Position numbers and translations under genes: made by a program
Shown here: positions 49,424 through 62,200 of the stretch, piece after piece
Numbering within the stretch: position 1 is the stretch's first letter
How the letters are laid out: every line of letters starts with the position of its first letter
The notes under the pieces: generated by a model
What the model was told of the DNA's origin: nothing
Databases searched by the model: none
The model's input: only the letters and a program-made list of their open reading frames with translations
Source: Folioceros fuciformis
Taxonomy: Eukaryota
Reading direction: 5' to 3'
Length of the DNA stretch: 62,945 nt
Assembly (NCBI GenBank): GCA_049999805.1
Contig: JBNGIO010006337.1
Location: forward strand, 332,215 to 395,159

Positions 49424-50445
49424 GCTTTCAGATTCGTGAACCCCGAAATTCCGGCGACTCCGAAACTGGGACGTTGTTCGGCAATGAAGCCCAGTGGCAG
49501 AACTGAAAAACAGGAATGTTACAGTGCCCGATCCAAGTCCAATGCAGGCGTAGGCCCTTCAGCGCGCTGGCAGCTACGGTGAGAAATAGGTGGAAGGTCA
49601 CAGGTGCGCGCAGGTCGCATCGCATTCGAATCCGGATTGCGGATACCACTACTCTCGGACTCTTGCTTCGTTGCTGGCTTCCTTGCTGGCTGGCTGCTTG
49701 TGCGTTGCTTTGCAGTGGTGAGCCGTGTGCAGGCGATTGAGAATGGGGAAGCGCACCTGGCATCCTGCGTTATTAAGGACAACAGAAAGTCAGCGCCATG
49801 CGCGTCCAACGCTAGACTCTGGCGCACCCGTACTACACCCGGGTGAGAGGGTGTGGGGTCCGGTCTGGTCAGGAGACTCACCCGTCGCATGGCCTCCGAT
49901 TCGGGGTCCAGTCCGGTGGATAAACTACCGGAACCCAGTGTTGATTACTCCTTATGTTGCGACACGGCGTGGCATGGCCCCCACGACTTCCATGCCACTC
50001 ACATACATTATAATAATATGGGCATGCATCCTCGTTCATGGTGTGCGGGGGCTCATGTCAACGAGCGCGGAAGACTGGGCGTCGTAGCGCTGTGCAATTT
50101 CCGTTGGCCAGGACTGGAGACTGGAGTCTGGAGACAGGATTCGCGACGGCGGGCTGCGCAGACCTCCAGCGGACCGATACTGCAAAGTACTTCCCACCCT
50201 GATTCCCCGTTCGGACACCGGGACCCCGTGACCTGCTGGCATGTGCCGACGCCCATATTCGCGGTGAGCGAGCCAATCGGGCTTACAGGGTACCCTTGAA
50301 GCCCTCCCATTCGCCACAGTGTAGATATGTAGATCATTTCTTCATTCAAATATCGTATCTTACATTCACTGTATGTACAGCATGAGTATGTCCTTTACAT
50401 TACAATATTAGACAACATAAGAATAGTGATATTGTTGTGATATAT

Positions 50446-50655
50446 ATTGAGAAAGAGCAGAAATTTCCATCTACCCAAAGATGGGGAGGAAGAACCAAGA
50501 AAGAGGACAAAAGGTCAAAAGGGACTAGCTCATCAAATATATTATGATGATTATATGATGCAAAATAATAAAAGGTCTCTTGAAATAACAAAAGGTCTAC
50601 AACAACCGGTGACGGTGACGAAGAAGATGTGTGAATCTCCACCTGTTGCTTTGCT
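50446..50655 (-). mobile_element. Remnant of a CRE-like element 3' end (paralog of 36428-36570)
   Basis: ATTGAGAAAG..TTCCATCTAC.CAAAGA.GGGGAGGAA..CAAAAGGGACTAGC..ACAAAAGGTCTAC..ACCGGTG aligns with 21041-21240. Confidence 0.6.
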
Positions 50656-50812
50656 CTTTTACAAACGTGCTGCATTTGTCAACACCTTTTAAAAACCTAA
50701 AGAAGATCATCATTGTGGAAAGAAGAAGAACCTCATCCCTATGACTATGATATAGAAGTTCTTACCCATGGCCTTAGAGGTTTGGAGACTAAGTAGATGA
50801 AAATATGCTCGT

Positions 50813-51105
50813 CTTACAAGAGAGAATATTTATAGACTTTTGGTAGTCACAGAAAACCTAAACCAGAGAATACTTACAAGGGAGAATATTTACAAACTTT
50901 TGGTGGTCATAGAAAACCTAAACCAGAGAATACTTACAAGGGAGAATATTTACAGACTTTTGGTAGTCACAGAAAACCTAATTATAAGGGAGAATATTTA
51001 CAGACTTTTGGTAGTCACAGAAAACCTAAACCATAGAATACTTAAAAGGGAGAATATCTACAGACTTTTGGTAGTCACAGAAAACCTAAACCATAAAATA
51101 CTTAT
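50813..51105. repeat. 60-bp tandem repeat, ~5 copies
   Basis: CTTACAAGGGAGAATATTTACAGACTTTTGGTAGTCACAGAAAACCTAAACCAGAGAATA units. Confidence 0.92.
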
Positions 51106-51603
51106 GGACTATGGAAATCACTCAAAACCTAAATTAGAGTCATTCGAGTATCCAATATGGCCCTCTTCATTATAAAGACTTTCTTTATGAGTTTTGTAGA
51201 GTATATGATTATGTCTATGATTATCATAGATCCCTTAAGTGATTTTTCATAACTTTAAATTACATTAGCATAAGCTATATGTAAGGGAGAGGTTTCCCAT
51301 GGATCTCATGATTTGGAGCTAGCAAGTTACAAACTTTGGAAAACTCTACATTGGGGGTGTGTTACATGGTAGGTAAGGAGGTATTTTTACGCCTCATCAG
51401 TTGTAGTCCTATAATTCAACTTTGGGAGCACTTCGAAGCATATTTTTCCCTATTAACTTAGGATTGCTTGGAATGGAAAAGTTTGGTAATCAATCTAAAT
51501 CAATCTAGGAATGTTTGACTTAGTTGATTTTTGCTAAGGACAGTTCGAAGGAGGGGGCATATGGAAGGCAGGTCTCTGGTCCCACGGTAGGTAGTGAGGG
51601 GTA

Positions 51604-51840
51604 TAGCTTGAAGAGGATCGATAGCGTAGGAAAAAATATGAATAGAATGTATATTTTTGTGTATAATGTGAGTGTGTGAGGGCCTTTATGGCCGTGTCCC
51701 GTGAACCTGTACGACGGTTGACGGGTGATCGTTATTTAGGGCACGGTTCGTGCCTGTTCGTATTCTATGTGCATAATTAACCTAAGGACTACGCTTAGCG
51801 CCCGGAAGCGGGATATATTAAGGGCAGCCGTATTTCGTTA
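51604..51840 (-). repeat. 3' LTR of Copia element 2
   Basis: Near-identical to 58392..58628; adjacent to the PPT. Confidence 0.96.
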
Positions 51841-52467
51841 CCCCCACTTATTCCACATTCCCGCCGTCGTGAACTAGTTTACGCCGCAGCCTCTTGCCGT
51901 CCTCAGTCTTTCGCATACTTTCCGCCTGCAGAACGGATCGCAGCTATGCTGAGTGTTGGCGGCATTTCTCACTTGGATGGCACCTTTGTTCCATTGATCC
52001 TACTGCTGGTACTGGTCGGCGTCGCTGCCTGGGAGCAAAAGAGATTTGCCCGAGAGGTGTTCGGTGCTTCATGCAGCTTGTAGGCCAATTGATCTTGGCA
52101 GGGAGGAACAGCTGCGCAAGAAGATGAGGTTGTTGCATGCTCAGTTGCGGCGGCTCAGGGGATTGCCTCCCACTACTGATGAGGAGGATTTCCGCAAGCT
52201 GTTGCCGTGTCCAGGCCTTGAGATGATTCTTGATGCTGCTGATTGTGATCCAGAGGGTAACCTGGTCTTTAGGTATGCTCCGTTCTGGAGAAGTCCTGAA
52301 GTGGAGGCGAAGATGGCAGGATTGTAGTTTTTCTTCCCTGCGCACACACAGGAGTAAAGGAAGGTAGCAATTCTCTCGTGCGTGTCAATCTTTCCCCCAC
52401 TGTCTGTGACAAGACTAACCCTCTGTTTGTGCATGTGCGTGCCTGTGCTGTGCAGGTGTGCAAGAAG

Positions 52468-55400
52468 TCAAGAACTTGGTTGGGTGTCGAGCCCCAGACC
52501 CTTGCAGTGAGCAATGTGCCTATCTTTTGGGAGTGACTTAGTGAGTAGGTCTGCCACGTTTTGCTCTGTGGGTACGTAGACTAGGTCAATTTCTCCGGAG
52601 GTCACTGTCTGCCTGATATAGTGCTGTTTGATGGCTATGTGCCTAGTCCGAGAGTGGTGCACTGGATTCCTGGACAAGGCTATGGCTGACTAGTTGTCGC
52701 AGTACACAGTCGTGGCTCCGGGTTGAGGAAAACCCACAGAAGCCATGAACAGGCGATTGTAGACAGTTTCTTGAGCGGCTGCAATGGTGGCCGTGTATTC
52801 TGCCTCGGTGCTAGAGAGTGCGACCACAGTCTGCTTCTTTGAAGTCCAGCTGACTGCTCCGCCAGAGAGGATTGTACAATTGGCAGTGATTGAGTCTTCA
52901 TCACTTGCCCAATCAGAGTCAGAGTAGCAGATGAGTAGTGGAAACTTTCCTTGTGATTTGTATTTGAGTCCAAGATGCTGCGTTCCCTTCAGATAGCGTA
53001 GGGCTCTCTTAACTCCTGTCCAGTGTGCAATGCCGGGGTCAGCAAGAAACCTAGAGAAGACTCGTGCAGCCGGAGCTACATCAGGCCTTGTCCATCCGCT
53101 GATCCAGATAAGGCATCCCGTTAGCATACTGTAGGGTTTCTTTGCCATTTCCATCTTTTCTGCTTCTGTCTTTGGACTCTGGTCTGTGGAGAACTTCTCT
53201 CCCACAGCCATGAGAGTGATAGCTGGCTTGCAGTCTGTCATAGTGAATCTTTCTAGCATTTGCCTTACGTAATGTGGTTGGTGGCAGAATATACTGCTCT
53301 TGTCTGGACTGATGACAATCTGTATGCCTAGGAAGAAAGTGAGCTGTCCCAAATCCGTCATGGAAAATTCAGCAGTGAGAATGGACTTAACTTTCTTCAT
53401 GATGTCAGGGGAATTGGCAAATATCAGTGCATCATCGACGTACAGTGCTAAAATGGCAAACATCTGCCCTTGCCTCAGGATGTAGACGTTTGTGTCAGCA
53501 TCGCTCTGACTGAATCCGGATTTGACCAGGTAAGCATGAATCTTTTGGTACCAGATCCTTGGAGCTTGTTTTAAGCCGTACAGGCTCTTTCTCAACTTGC
53601 ATACCTTGTGTGGTTCTGACTTGCTGACATAACCCTCAGGCTGGGTGATGTACATCTCCTCGTCTATTTCACCATGCAGGAAAGCGGTCTTGACGTCCAT
53701 TTGGTGAATATCCAGTTTGCATTCAGCAGCCAAGGCAAAGAGCATCCTTACAGAAGAGGCTCGTACAACAGGTGAGAATGTTTCATGGAAGTCCAGTCCC
53801 TCGACCTGCTTGTATCCATGAACAACGTATCTTGCCTTGTATCTGGCCACTGACCCATCGGGGTTTAACTTTTTCTTGAACACCCACTTTCCCGTGAGTG
53901 GTTTGCGTCCTGGAGGCAGGTCTACCAGCTCCCAAGTCTGGTTATCGATGAGAGACTGGTATTCAGAGTCTATGCCTACCTTCCAGAGCTTGCCTTCTGG
54001 GGAGGACAGTGCCTCCTTCAGTGTAGTAGGTTCTCCAAGGTCCTGAGCTGCTATCAGGGCGCGTGCAACATAATTATGAGGTATGTGCAAGTCCTGAACT
54101 CCAGGAGCATCTGAGCTGGCTGCAAAGTTTGCATGCAGTCTTCGGTGCTCTTCATCCAATTCATAGCTCAGTGGTTTGTGTGTCCACTAGCTTGGATCTG
54201 TGGTGTGGCTCCTGGCAGATCTTCTGAGCTCCTGTGGTGCCTGAACCACTTCTTTAGCGACCTCTGAGTGAAGCTGCTCCTGGTTCTCCTCAGTTTCTAG
54301 TGGAGGAGAATGTGGGGGACTATCGTTAGTCACATTGTCATGTTCCTCATACTGAGGCTTGTCAACCTGGTCGCTTGTCTCCGAGGTTGAGTCATCTGCA
54401 GTGAGGTCAGGTTCATCTTCTGGAAAGGCAAAAGCAGGCTGTTCGGCAGCAGTTGGTACTTGCTGAAAGGTAACCAGGTGCTCATCATGTGTTGAGGGTG
54501 CATCTTGTTCATCAGTTGTGAGACGTTCCAGGCCAGGTACGTCTCTGCTCTTTTCTGAGACTTGCAGGAGAAACTGCTCATCAAAGATGACATTTCTGGC
54601 ATGCAGGAAACGACGATTCAGGGGGTCATAAAGTTTGTAGCCTTTAATGCCCTCTGTATAACCGATGAACAGGTGTTTGGTTGCCTTAAAGTCCATCTTG
54701 CGTCTGACTTCATCAGGTGTATGGGCATATGCTGGACAGCCCCAGATCTGCAAGTGGTCCACTCGAGGCTTGACGCCAGTCCACCTCTCAAAGGGTGTAG
54801 CATTGGCAAAGGCACAAGTGGGTAGCCGGTTTTGAATGTAAACTGTTGTGGCAACAGCTTCTGCCCAGAAGCACCGAGGAAGTCTGGCGAGATGCAGCAT
54901 AGACTTGGCAGCAGCCTGTGTGACCTTGTTTTTGTTCTCAAGCAAAGGGTTTTGCTCATGCTCATAGGGAACGGTAAGTTGCCGAAGAATACCCTCCCGT
55001 GAGCAAAAGTCCGTGAATTCTCCTGAGGTAAACTCGCCTCCGTTGTCACTTCGCAAGCATTTCAGTTTCTGACCTATAAAGCGTTGAGCATACAAGAGGT
55101 ACAGTAGAAAGCAAGAGAAGGCTTCACTTTTGTGCTTGAGAAAGTAAGTGACTGTAAACCGACTCCAGTCATCAATGAGATGCATGAAGTAGAGAGCACC
55201 ACTAAGGGAACGTGTGGACATAGGACCACAGAGGTCAGTGTGCACAGTTTGAAGTAGCTGAGTAGCTCTCGTTGCATCTTGACTGGGATGTGGAGCCTTA
55301 TGGTGCTTCCCTTGTATGTAGGCTTCACAAAAGATGGAGTTCTCAGACTTGAAGTGAAGAGGTGTCCTGTACAAGGATGAAGCAGGCAGAGTCCGGAGAC

Positions 55401-57321
55401 GTTGGAGGTGCACATGTCCCAGTCGGCAGTGCCACAGTTGTGTCTCATTAGGAGAACTGGTGGCTGTTGCATGAGCAGCTGGTGCCTTCAGCTGCTGGAT
55501 GGGGTTGCTCTTCAAGTTGAGCTGATATAGGTCATTCTTGAGAGTGCATGTGACCAATAACTGGTGCGGTGCAGCAGCCTCCCGCAGTGCAAGACCATCA
55601 GTTGTCATCTCCAAGGTAAGCAGTGGAGGAGACAGGCGTCTTAACGAGACTAGATTTTTAGCCATCTGTGGGACAAAGATGACGTCTAACAAAGTGATGG
55701 TTTTGCCTTGTGCAAGGTGAAGGACAACTGTGCCAGTGCCCTCGATGCATAGACCACTGTCATCACCTAAAAGTACAAAATGTCCCTTAGGAGAAGACGT
55801 GAAAGTGGTAAAGGCTGTGCGAGTGTTACAGACATGCGTGGTGGCACCTGAGTCTAAATACCAGGCATGCCTGTCTTGAGAAGAGGAGACCATACACACT
55901 GTGAGGATGGCCCCTGTACTTTTCTTTGAAGATACATGAGCAGATGGAGGAGCTTCTCGCTTGGGTTCACCATTCTGCTTCTTACGGCATTCAGATTCCA
56001 CATGCCCTGGGATCCTGCACCATGTGCAAGGGCCTCGTTTGGCATTACTGGACTTGGAGGCTGACCATGTAGGGCGAGGAGAGCCTGGTTTATAAGGTGG
56101 GCGGTTGCCACCTTGAGCACGCCGTCCTCGTCCTTGAGAGACGAACATGGCTCGTGCAGGATTGCTGGAGGAGGATCCTCGACCACGAGTGTGAGTACCC
56201 TCCTTGTTGAGCAAAGCACCAATGATATCTGAGAGTGAGATTGGAGATTGTGTGCCAGCAGCTACTGCTGCTTGAGCTGTCTGTATGTGTTGATTCTGAG
56301 TGCTCACAAAGCTGTTGTATTTTTCTGGTAGTGACATAAGGAGGGCCACTGCAGCTTGGAGTTCATCAACAGCAGTGCCAGCCGTCATTAATTTGGTACG
56401 TAACATCCTGAAGCGGCTGACATGATTCTCAACAGTATCTCCATCTCGCATTCTCAGATTATAGAAGGCACGTGTGGCATGAACAAGTGTTGTGACACTT
56501 TTCTTCTGGTACACTTGACAGAGTGAATCCCAGATTGCCTTCGAACTGTCTGCCTCCCGGGCATGAGACATCATGCTTAAATCCAGAGCAGAATGGATCA
56601 CGTTTTGGGCGCGAAGATCCTTGAGTTTCCAGGCATGCTGGTCTGCTCGGCTTGCAGCAGTTGCACCTGTAGCAGGTGTTGCTGGCATTGGAGTTGCTCC
56701 AGTAACGTACTCCCAGAGTTCGAGCTCTTGAAGAATGGTACGTACTCGAATCATCCATATGTCAAAGTGTTGGCCACTAAATCTATCTTTGTCTTTAAAG
56801 TCATACTTAAAGTTGTTGACTGTGACATTTGCAGGAGGATTAGTGCCCATGACTGTATATTGACTGAATTGCGTTTGACTTAGATCAAACAGTTGATCAA
56901 GGTGGAATGAGGAAGAATGACTAGAGGCAGGTGAATTATGTGAGGACCTTGGTGTGGAGGCCGAGCTATCAGAAGAGGGAGGCTGAGAGAAAATGACACC
57001 AGACGCTAGCGTGCCAAGAGTACTTACTGAACTTAATGCAGGATCTGGAAGGGTGTACTCGTCTGAGTAGTCAAAGGGATTTTCTGGAAGGACAGGTGTC
57101 TGTTCAAACCCAGAGATTGGTGATTCTTCAGATACCCCCTCAAATCCAGAAGTTGGCAGTGTTTCAGGTGCTTCTTCAGATTCGACCCTTTCTGGTGACG
57201 TTCCAGATCTTGGGCTTGAAGGTGACCCTTCAGAGCTCGATCTTGGACGCGACGTTCCGAGTCTAGCAGGAATCCGGCGCGGTGGCCTCCCGGCTGGGCT
57301 TGGATCCCAAGGTTCCGACAT
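52468..57321 (-). pseudogene. Copia gag-pol in a single frame with two in-frame TAG stops (54187, 52690)
   Basis: CTWCRIPGHVESEC; WYLDSGATTH; LWHCRLGH; VHTDLCGP, RSDNGGEF; YKARYV, HQMDVKTAFL, LYVDD; YSDSDWA, STEAEY, DN*SAI, RTRHIAIK. Confidence 0.95.
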
Positions 57322-57913
57322 ATTCAACCACCATCTTCCTTGATTTCTCCTCAAGTGTCATCTGTGTCAAGAATGTAGCCACCTCAGAGATGACGTCGTT
57401 CTTGGGTCTTCCACCAGGTAGGACGCAAGGAGGCCCTGAGGGGAGATTTGGCACAGTTTGATGCAGGTTGATAAGCGTTATTCTTTCTGGCTCAGTTTCC
57501 AGTGGCTGAGAACTTTGCTGCTTGATCACTCCTTCCAGGTGCGTAACCTTTGTGAACAACGTATTCAGATCATGAGACAGGTGTTTATATCTGTAGTTGA
57601 TGTTGTCAACTTTGTCACGGAGGCGCTCCTCCTGGACTTCGCGCATTCGCCGAAAATCACACAATGTTGCATGCGTGTGACGGCGCTCCTCAGCGAGGAA
57701 GTGGTGGAGAGTCTTCAACGCCGGCTCTAGCAGGTCAGGTGTAGTTTCAGACGCGCTCGTAGATGGATGCAGGTGTGCACTTCTTCCGCAATTACTGCAA
57801 GAGCTCTCAGCTGGGTAGGTGAAGGGTGGCGGACGTGCACTCCACCGTGTGACGTCCGCTACGCTGGCTCTATGTGGATTGAAGGTGCGCCTTGAGCGGC
57901 CATTGCGAGGCAT
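57263..57913 (-). CDS. Extra 216-aa ORF upstream of gag inside Copia element 2 (coiled-coil-like, function unknown)
   Basis: ATG-initiated ORF between the PBS and gag; heptad-like VQEERLRDKVDNINYRYKHLSHDLNTLFTKVTHLEGVIK; overlaps the start of the gag frame. Confidence 0.5.
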   Translation of the reverse strand: MPRNGRSRRTFNPHRASVADVTRWSARPPPFTYPAESSCSNCGRSAHLHPSTSASETTPDLLEPALKTLHHFLAEERRHTHATLCDFRRMREVQEERLRDKVDNINYRYKHLSHDLNTLFTKVTHLEGVIKQQSSQPLETEPERITLINLHQTVPNLPSGPPCVLPGGRPKNDVISEVATFLTQMTLEEKSRKMVVEYVGTLGSKPSREATAPDSC

Positions 57914-58379
57914 TGCTTAGGATAGCAGCCCAGTCATTTACCTATCTAATGCAGGCTTGTGGACTGACTCCTGTGTGCAGGAATACCAGGTTATCATCAC
58001 CTGTTTCCTAGTGTATATGAGAACGCTAAGAAAGACGTGTATATGACCTGGTGTTCCTATGCAGGCTTCTTTCCTACAGCAGATTGAGTCTTACACACGC
58101 AGTGAACTAATTGCAGGCCATGCTAGAAGTGTACTTGGGACCATACTGTGCAGGACAGAAACCAAGATGACAATCTGGCAGATTAAAGATGCAAGTTCAG
58201 CAGGGTGGCTCAATGTTCCTTGGCGCCAGGTGCGCAAGTGCTACGCGTAGTAGTGATTGACAACCTCCGCCAAGAAGGTTGCAGCTCGAAAGTTTTCATG
58301 TGTCAGAGTCCTAATGCAGGACTCCGATTTACAGATCTCACACACACTAGGAGGCGACATGGCGGAGTCCATCAACCAA

Positions 58380-58391
58380 GCTCTGATACCA
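58380..58391 (-). promoter_or_regulatory. Primer-binding site, tRNA-iMet
   Basis: GCTCTGATACCA is the reverse complement of TGGTATCAGAGC. Confidence 0.95.
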
Positions 58392-58628
58392 TAGCGTGAA
58401 GAGGATCGATAGCGTAGGAAAAAATATGAATAGAATGTATATTTTTGTGTATAATGTGAGTGTGTGAGGGCCTTTATGGCCGTGTCCCGTGAACCTGTAC
58501 GACGGTTGACGGGTGATCGTTATTTAGGGCACGGTTCGTGCCTGTTCGTATTCTATGTGCATAATTAACCTAAGGACTACGCTTAGCGCCGGGAAGCGGG
58601 ATATATTTAGGGCAGCCGTATTTCGTTA
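58392..58628 (-). repeat. 5' LTR of Copia element 2
   Basis: Directly abuts the PBS. Confidence 0.96.
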
Positions 58629-59299
58629 GGGTAGGTGAAGATTTTATTGGATTTGTTTAATTTTGTTTTGGTAGGTTAGGTCTATGGTAATAGGACGAGG
58701 TAGTAAAAAAAAGAAGATACCTACCATACATGGGGAGAGTACCTATGTAGGGTAGATGCCTAGTAGGGAGGGTACCTACCTAGGTACATAGAACATCTAC
58801 TTATAGGCAAATCCCTACCTAAGATACCTATGTGGGGAAGGTACATATAGGGGAAGACTCCTATATAGACACCCCACCTACGAAAAGGAAGTGGTAGAAA
58901 GCTACGTACGAAGGGGACATCCTCACCCTACGTAGGGAGAAGAGATCATAGGGAGACCAACCCTCCACCAAAGGGAGGAGTTCCTTGAGTTAAAGGACAA
59001 GCAAGCGCCTCATCTACATACTTAGAAGTGATCATGTAGGTGGTGGTTAGGGGATGCCTCAAGAGATCAACACAAAAAAAGGTATGATGGAAGGTCGATA
59101 ATGCAAGAGAAGACGGATCCCATTAATGGAGAGGACCCAATGGCAGCTCAGCCAATCGACCCCGCTTCCCTTCAAGAGCAGTCCTAGCCACTCCCTTTTA
59201 GAAGGGGGCCTAAGAATCCCTTATGATGATTCCAACGATCCCCAACTTTCAGTAGTAGTGGCACCCCTTGCCCTAGAAGATTATTGGTAGGCCTTAGTA

Positions 59300-62200
59300 T
59301 CTTGATAGGTGACTGTATTTAAGTCTATGGTGGCTAAGAGGACAGTAGCCCACCACCTACACGTAGGGGAGGGTTCATGTGTCAAGCTCTCCTATAAGAA
59401 GGTCTACTCCCTTTTAAAGGGGGACACGACATTCACCCCCTTGCAAATTTCTTTTGTTTGTAGTCTAAGACAACACTCAAACATACATCTGATTCATGGC
59501 AAAGAGGGCACCCCCTACTAGATCGACTCCCCTTGCCTTATGCTGGCATGGTTAAATTGCAAAGACACCTCTTTGTGGTGAGACCATGTTGGAAGTAGAG
59601 CTTAAATAGTAAACTATGGAAGACGCAAACAAATGGAATGATTGTCGCCAATTGACCTTCCATGCTTTTGAGCTCCAAGAAAATGGTGGCCTTGGATATA
59701 ATGTTGAAGACCTAGGTCCCTCACAACTTTGGCCCCATAGAAAGTTGGAAAGAACTTGTTGCAGACGTTTAAACTCTAACTGGGTAGGAGCCCACAAGAA
59801 GACATAATACCATAGGGAGACGGTCAGTATGTGGTTGATGACCACCAAACTACCTGCGAGATTGAGCTCCAAGATTTGAAGACTTGCTGCTCTACGTATA
59901 AACCTCCGAAGCACGAATTTACCGATCTCCCCATTCTACTCATTTTGTTGAAAAGGTAGACCCAAGTACTTATGGGTAGCTCCCTGTTGTACTTCCATGA
60001 TGTGGCTGATGCACTACGGTATCTCGTCCTCCATATTCAAACACACCATATGTGTCTTCCTCCAGTTGACTTTACATCCCGAAAGTTGTCCAAAGACTTA
60101 CACCTGTTCTAGCATCGCAATCAGGGAGATATTTGACGTAGAGGAGAAGAGCATGGTGTCATCTACAAAGGCCAATACGCGGAGTTGAAAACCGTCTGGG
60201 CCTGGCGCCCTCTACTCATGAGTCCTACTTGACAGCTTTGATGAAGGAGTCAGTAACAATAATAAACAAAGATGGTGCGAGGGGGCAGCCTTGCCTAACG
60301 GAGTGGGTGATGTCAAACCGCTTTGTAAAGGAGCCATTGATAGTAACCTTGGTGCCAGCCTCCTCACACAAAATGGAGACTCATCGGGAGAAATTGTTAC
60401 CAAAGCCAAGGCTTTGAAGACGGCACCAAAGGAAGTGCCACTCCACCGAATCATAGGCCTTGAACAAGTCTAGGGAGATGAAGACTGCCTTTTTCTTCTG
60501 CATCAACACATCAAACTTAGCTTCATGTGAAAGAAGCAGATTGTCGAGTATACACCTGTTATGAATGAAACCCTTTTGTTCAAGCTCGATCCACTCGTCC
60601 AGGAATGGCTTGAGTCGATTAGCCAAGACTTTCGCAATCAACTTGTATGTGGTAGTGAGAAGGGTGATTGGACGCCAATTGGAGATGGAAACACTAGCAT
60701 CCTACTTTGGTATCAAGGAGATGACCCCCATATTGAACTAGCTTCCTGTACTCCCTTCTGCCCATATCGCGTCTAAGGCCTCCATAAATAGAGGAGGCAT
60801 GTACTCCCAGCCCCACAACAGGAATTCAGGGGGTATACCATCATGACTTGGAGACTTATGGCTCGGCATATCCTTGAGTGCCTGGAGAACTTCTAACTCC
60901 GTGATCGGAGCACTCAAAGCCTCTCACTAGACCTGAGTCACCTTAGCAGGGAAAAGCCCATAGGTGGAAGCCCAAAGAGGTTCCCAACCTACACCTTTTC
61001 TGACACTAGCAAATATACTAACATAAAAGAAAACAATTAGCTTCTTCAAACCAATTAGTGATTCCTGAAGAACACCTTGGGCGTAAGTGAGTGCAGGAAT
61101 CCTGGATCTGTGCTGATTAGTGGCCACCTTGTTGAAGAAGAATTTGGATGGACAATTGCCTTCCTTGACCCACTTAACCTTCACTCTAAGAAACCAGCCC
61201 TTGGCTCTATCTTCTTCAAGTTTCGCAAACGAACATTGAATCTTCGTATTGCGCTGCACTTCCCTTGAGGTCAAATCCCGCTCTTCACACAAAGTTTGCA
61301 AATTCCTCAATTCATCTCGTAGAAAATATTCTCGATGTCGCTATTCCTTCACCCTCTTCGCACCCAAGACCTTAAGAAACCTAGTGGCCTTAGTGTTTGC
61401 AGCGATCAGTCGTTGCACCGCTGACTCATCTCCTTGTTCATCTTCTTGCTTCTATATGGTCATATACTCCCTCCTCCGCAAAAAGGGAAGTATTCATCCG
61501 GAAAGATTGCATGTTTGCCTCCAAACGTCCAGCATTCATATCAAAAGTTAGGAACAAACTCACGGGGTGGTGGTCCGAGAGAATAATACCTGCTAAAATC
61601 CCATATTCTTGCACAAAAGGCAGCCAGCTTGATGGAAGGTAGAATCTATCCAATCTCCTCGCCTCCAGATTATTCTGTTATTGGTAAGACTGGTTGTATA
61701 GGAGAGATTGTGTAAAGCGTTGAGTAGGTAAAGCGAGCCATGGATCTTGGACATTAAGAATGGTATGTCTAAGCTCATGCCAAGATAGGGGCGCCATTCG
61801 AACATCCCAAGAGCTATCCCCCCGAATATCTTCTCTTCGCTCGACAAAGTTGAAGTCCCCTATGATGATCCAGGGCACTTGTGCGTCCAAGTGCTCTCCA
61901 AGACTTTCCCATAGTTTGCTTCTTTCACCTCCTACGTTAGGAGCATAAATGTTACAAATCCCCCCGAACCTTGCGGAGTAAGAATCACCACCCACACGAA
62001 TCGACCCAAGTCATCCTAACCCATTTCCAAAATGTTGTGAGAGAGCTCCAGATGTGTCGTAATTCAGACTCCCCCCTGGTCACCGACTCCAAGGTAGTAA
62101 GGAAGTGAGATCCCAAGGTAGTAAGGAAGTGAGATCCCACTGCCGATGTAGGTTGAGCTAGGACCCATTCTGTTCTACTCGTAAGGAAGTGAGATCCCAC

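Larger units (their letters stand above)
48017..50750 (-). repeat. Segmental duplicate copy B (~2.7 kb)
   Basis: Colinear with 33923..36665, offset ~14.1 kb, same orientation. Confidence 0.92.
51604..58628 (-). mobile_element. Young full-length Ty1/Copia LTR retrotransposon with non-canonical TA...TA termini
   Basis: 237-bp LTRs 58392..58628 (5') and 51604..51840 (3'), 3 differences by eye; perfect TSD GGGTA (51599-51603, 58629-58633); PBS TGGTATCAGAGC (rc 58380-58391); PPT AAGTGGGGG (rc 51841-51849). Confidence 0.96.
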
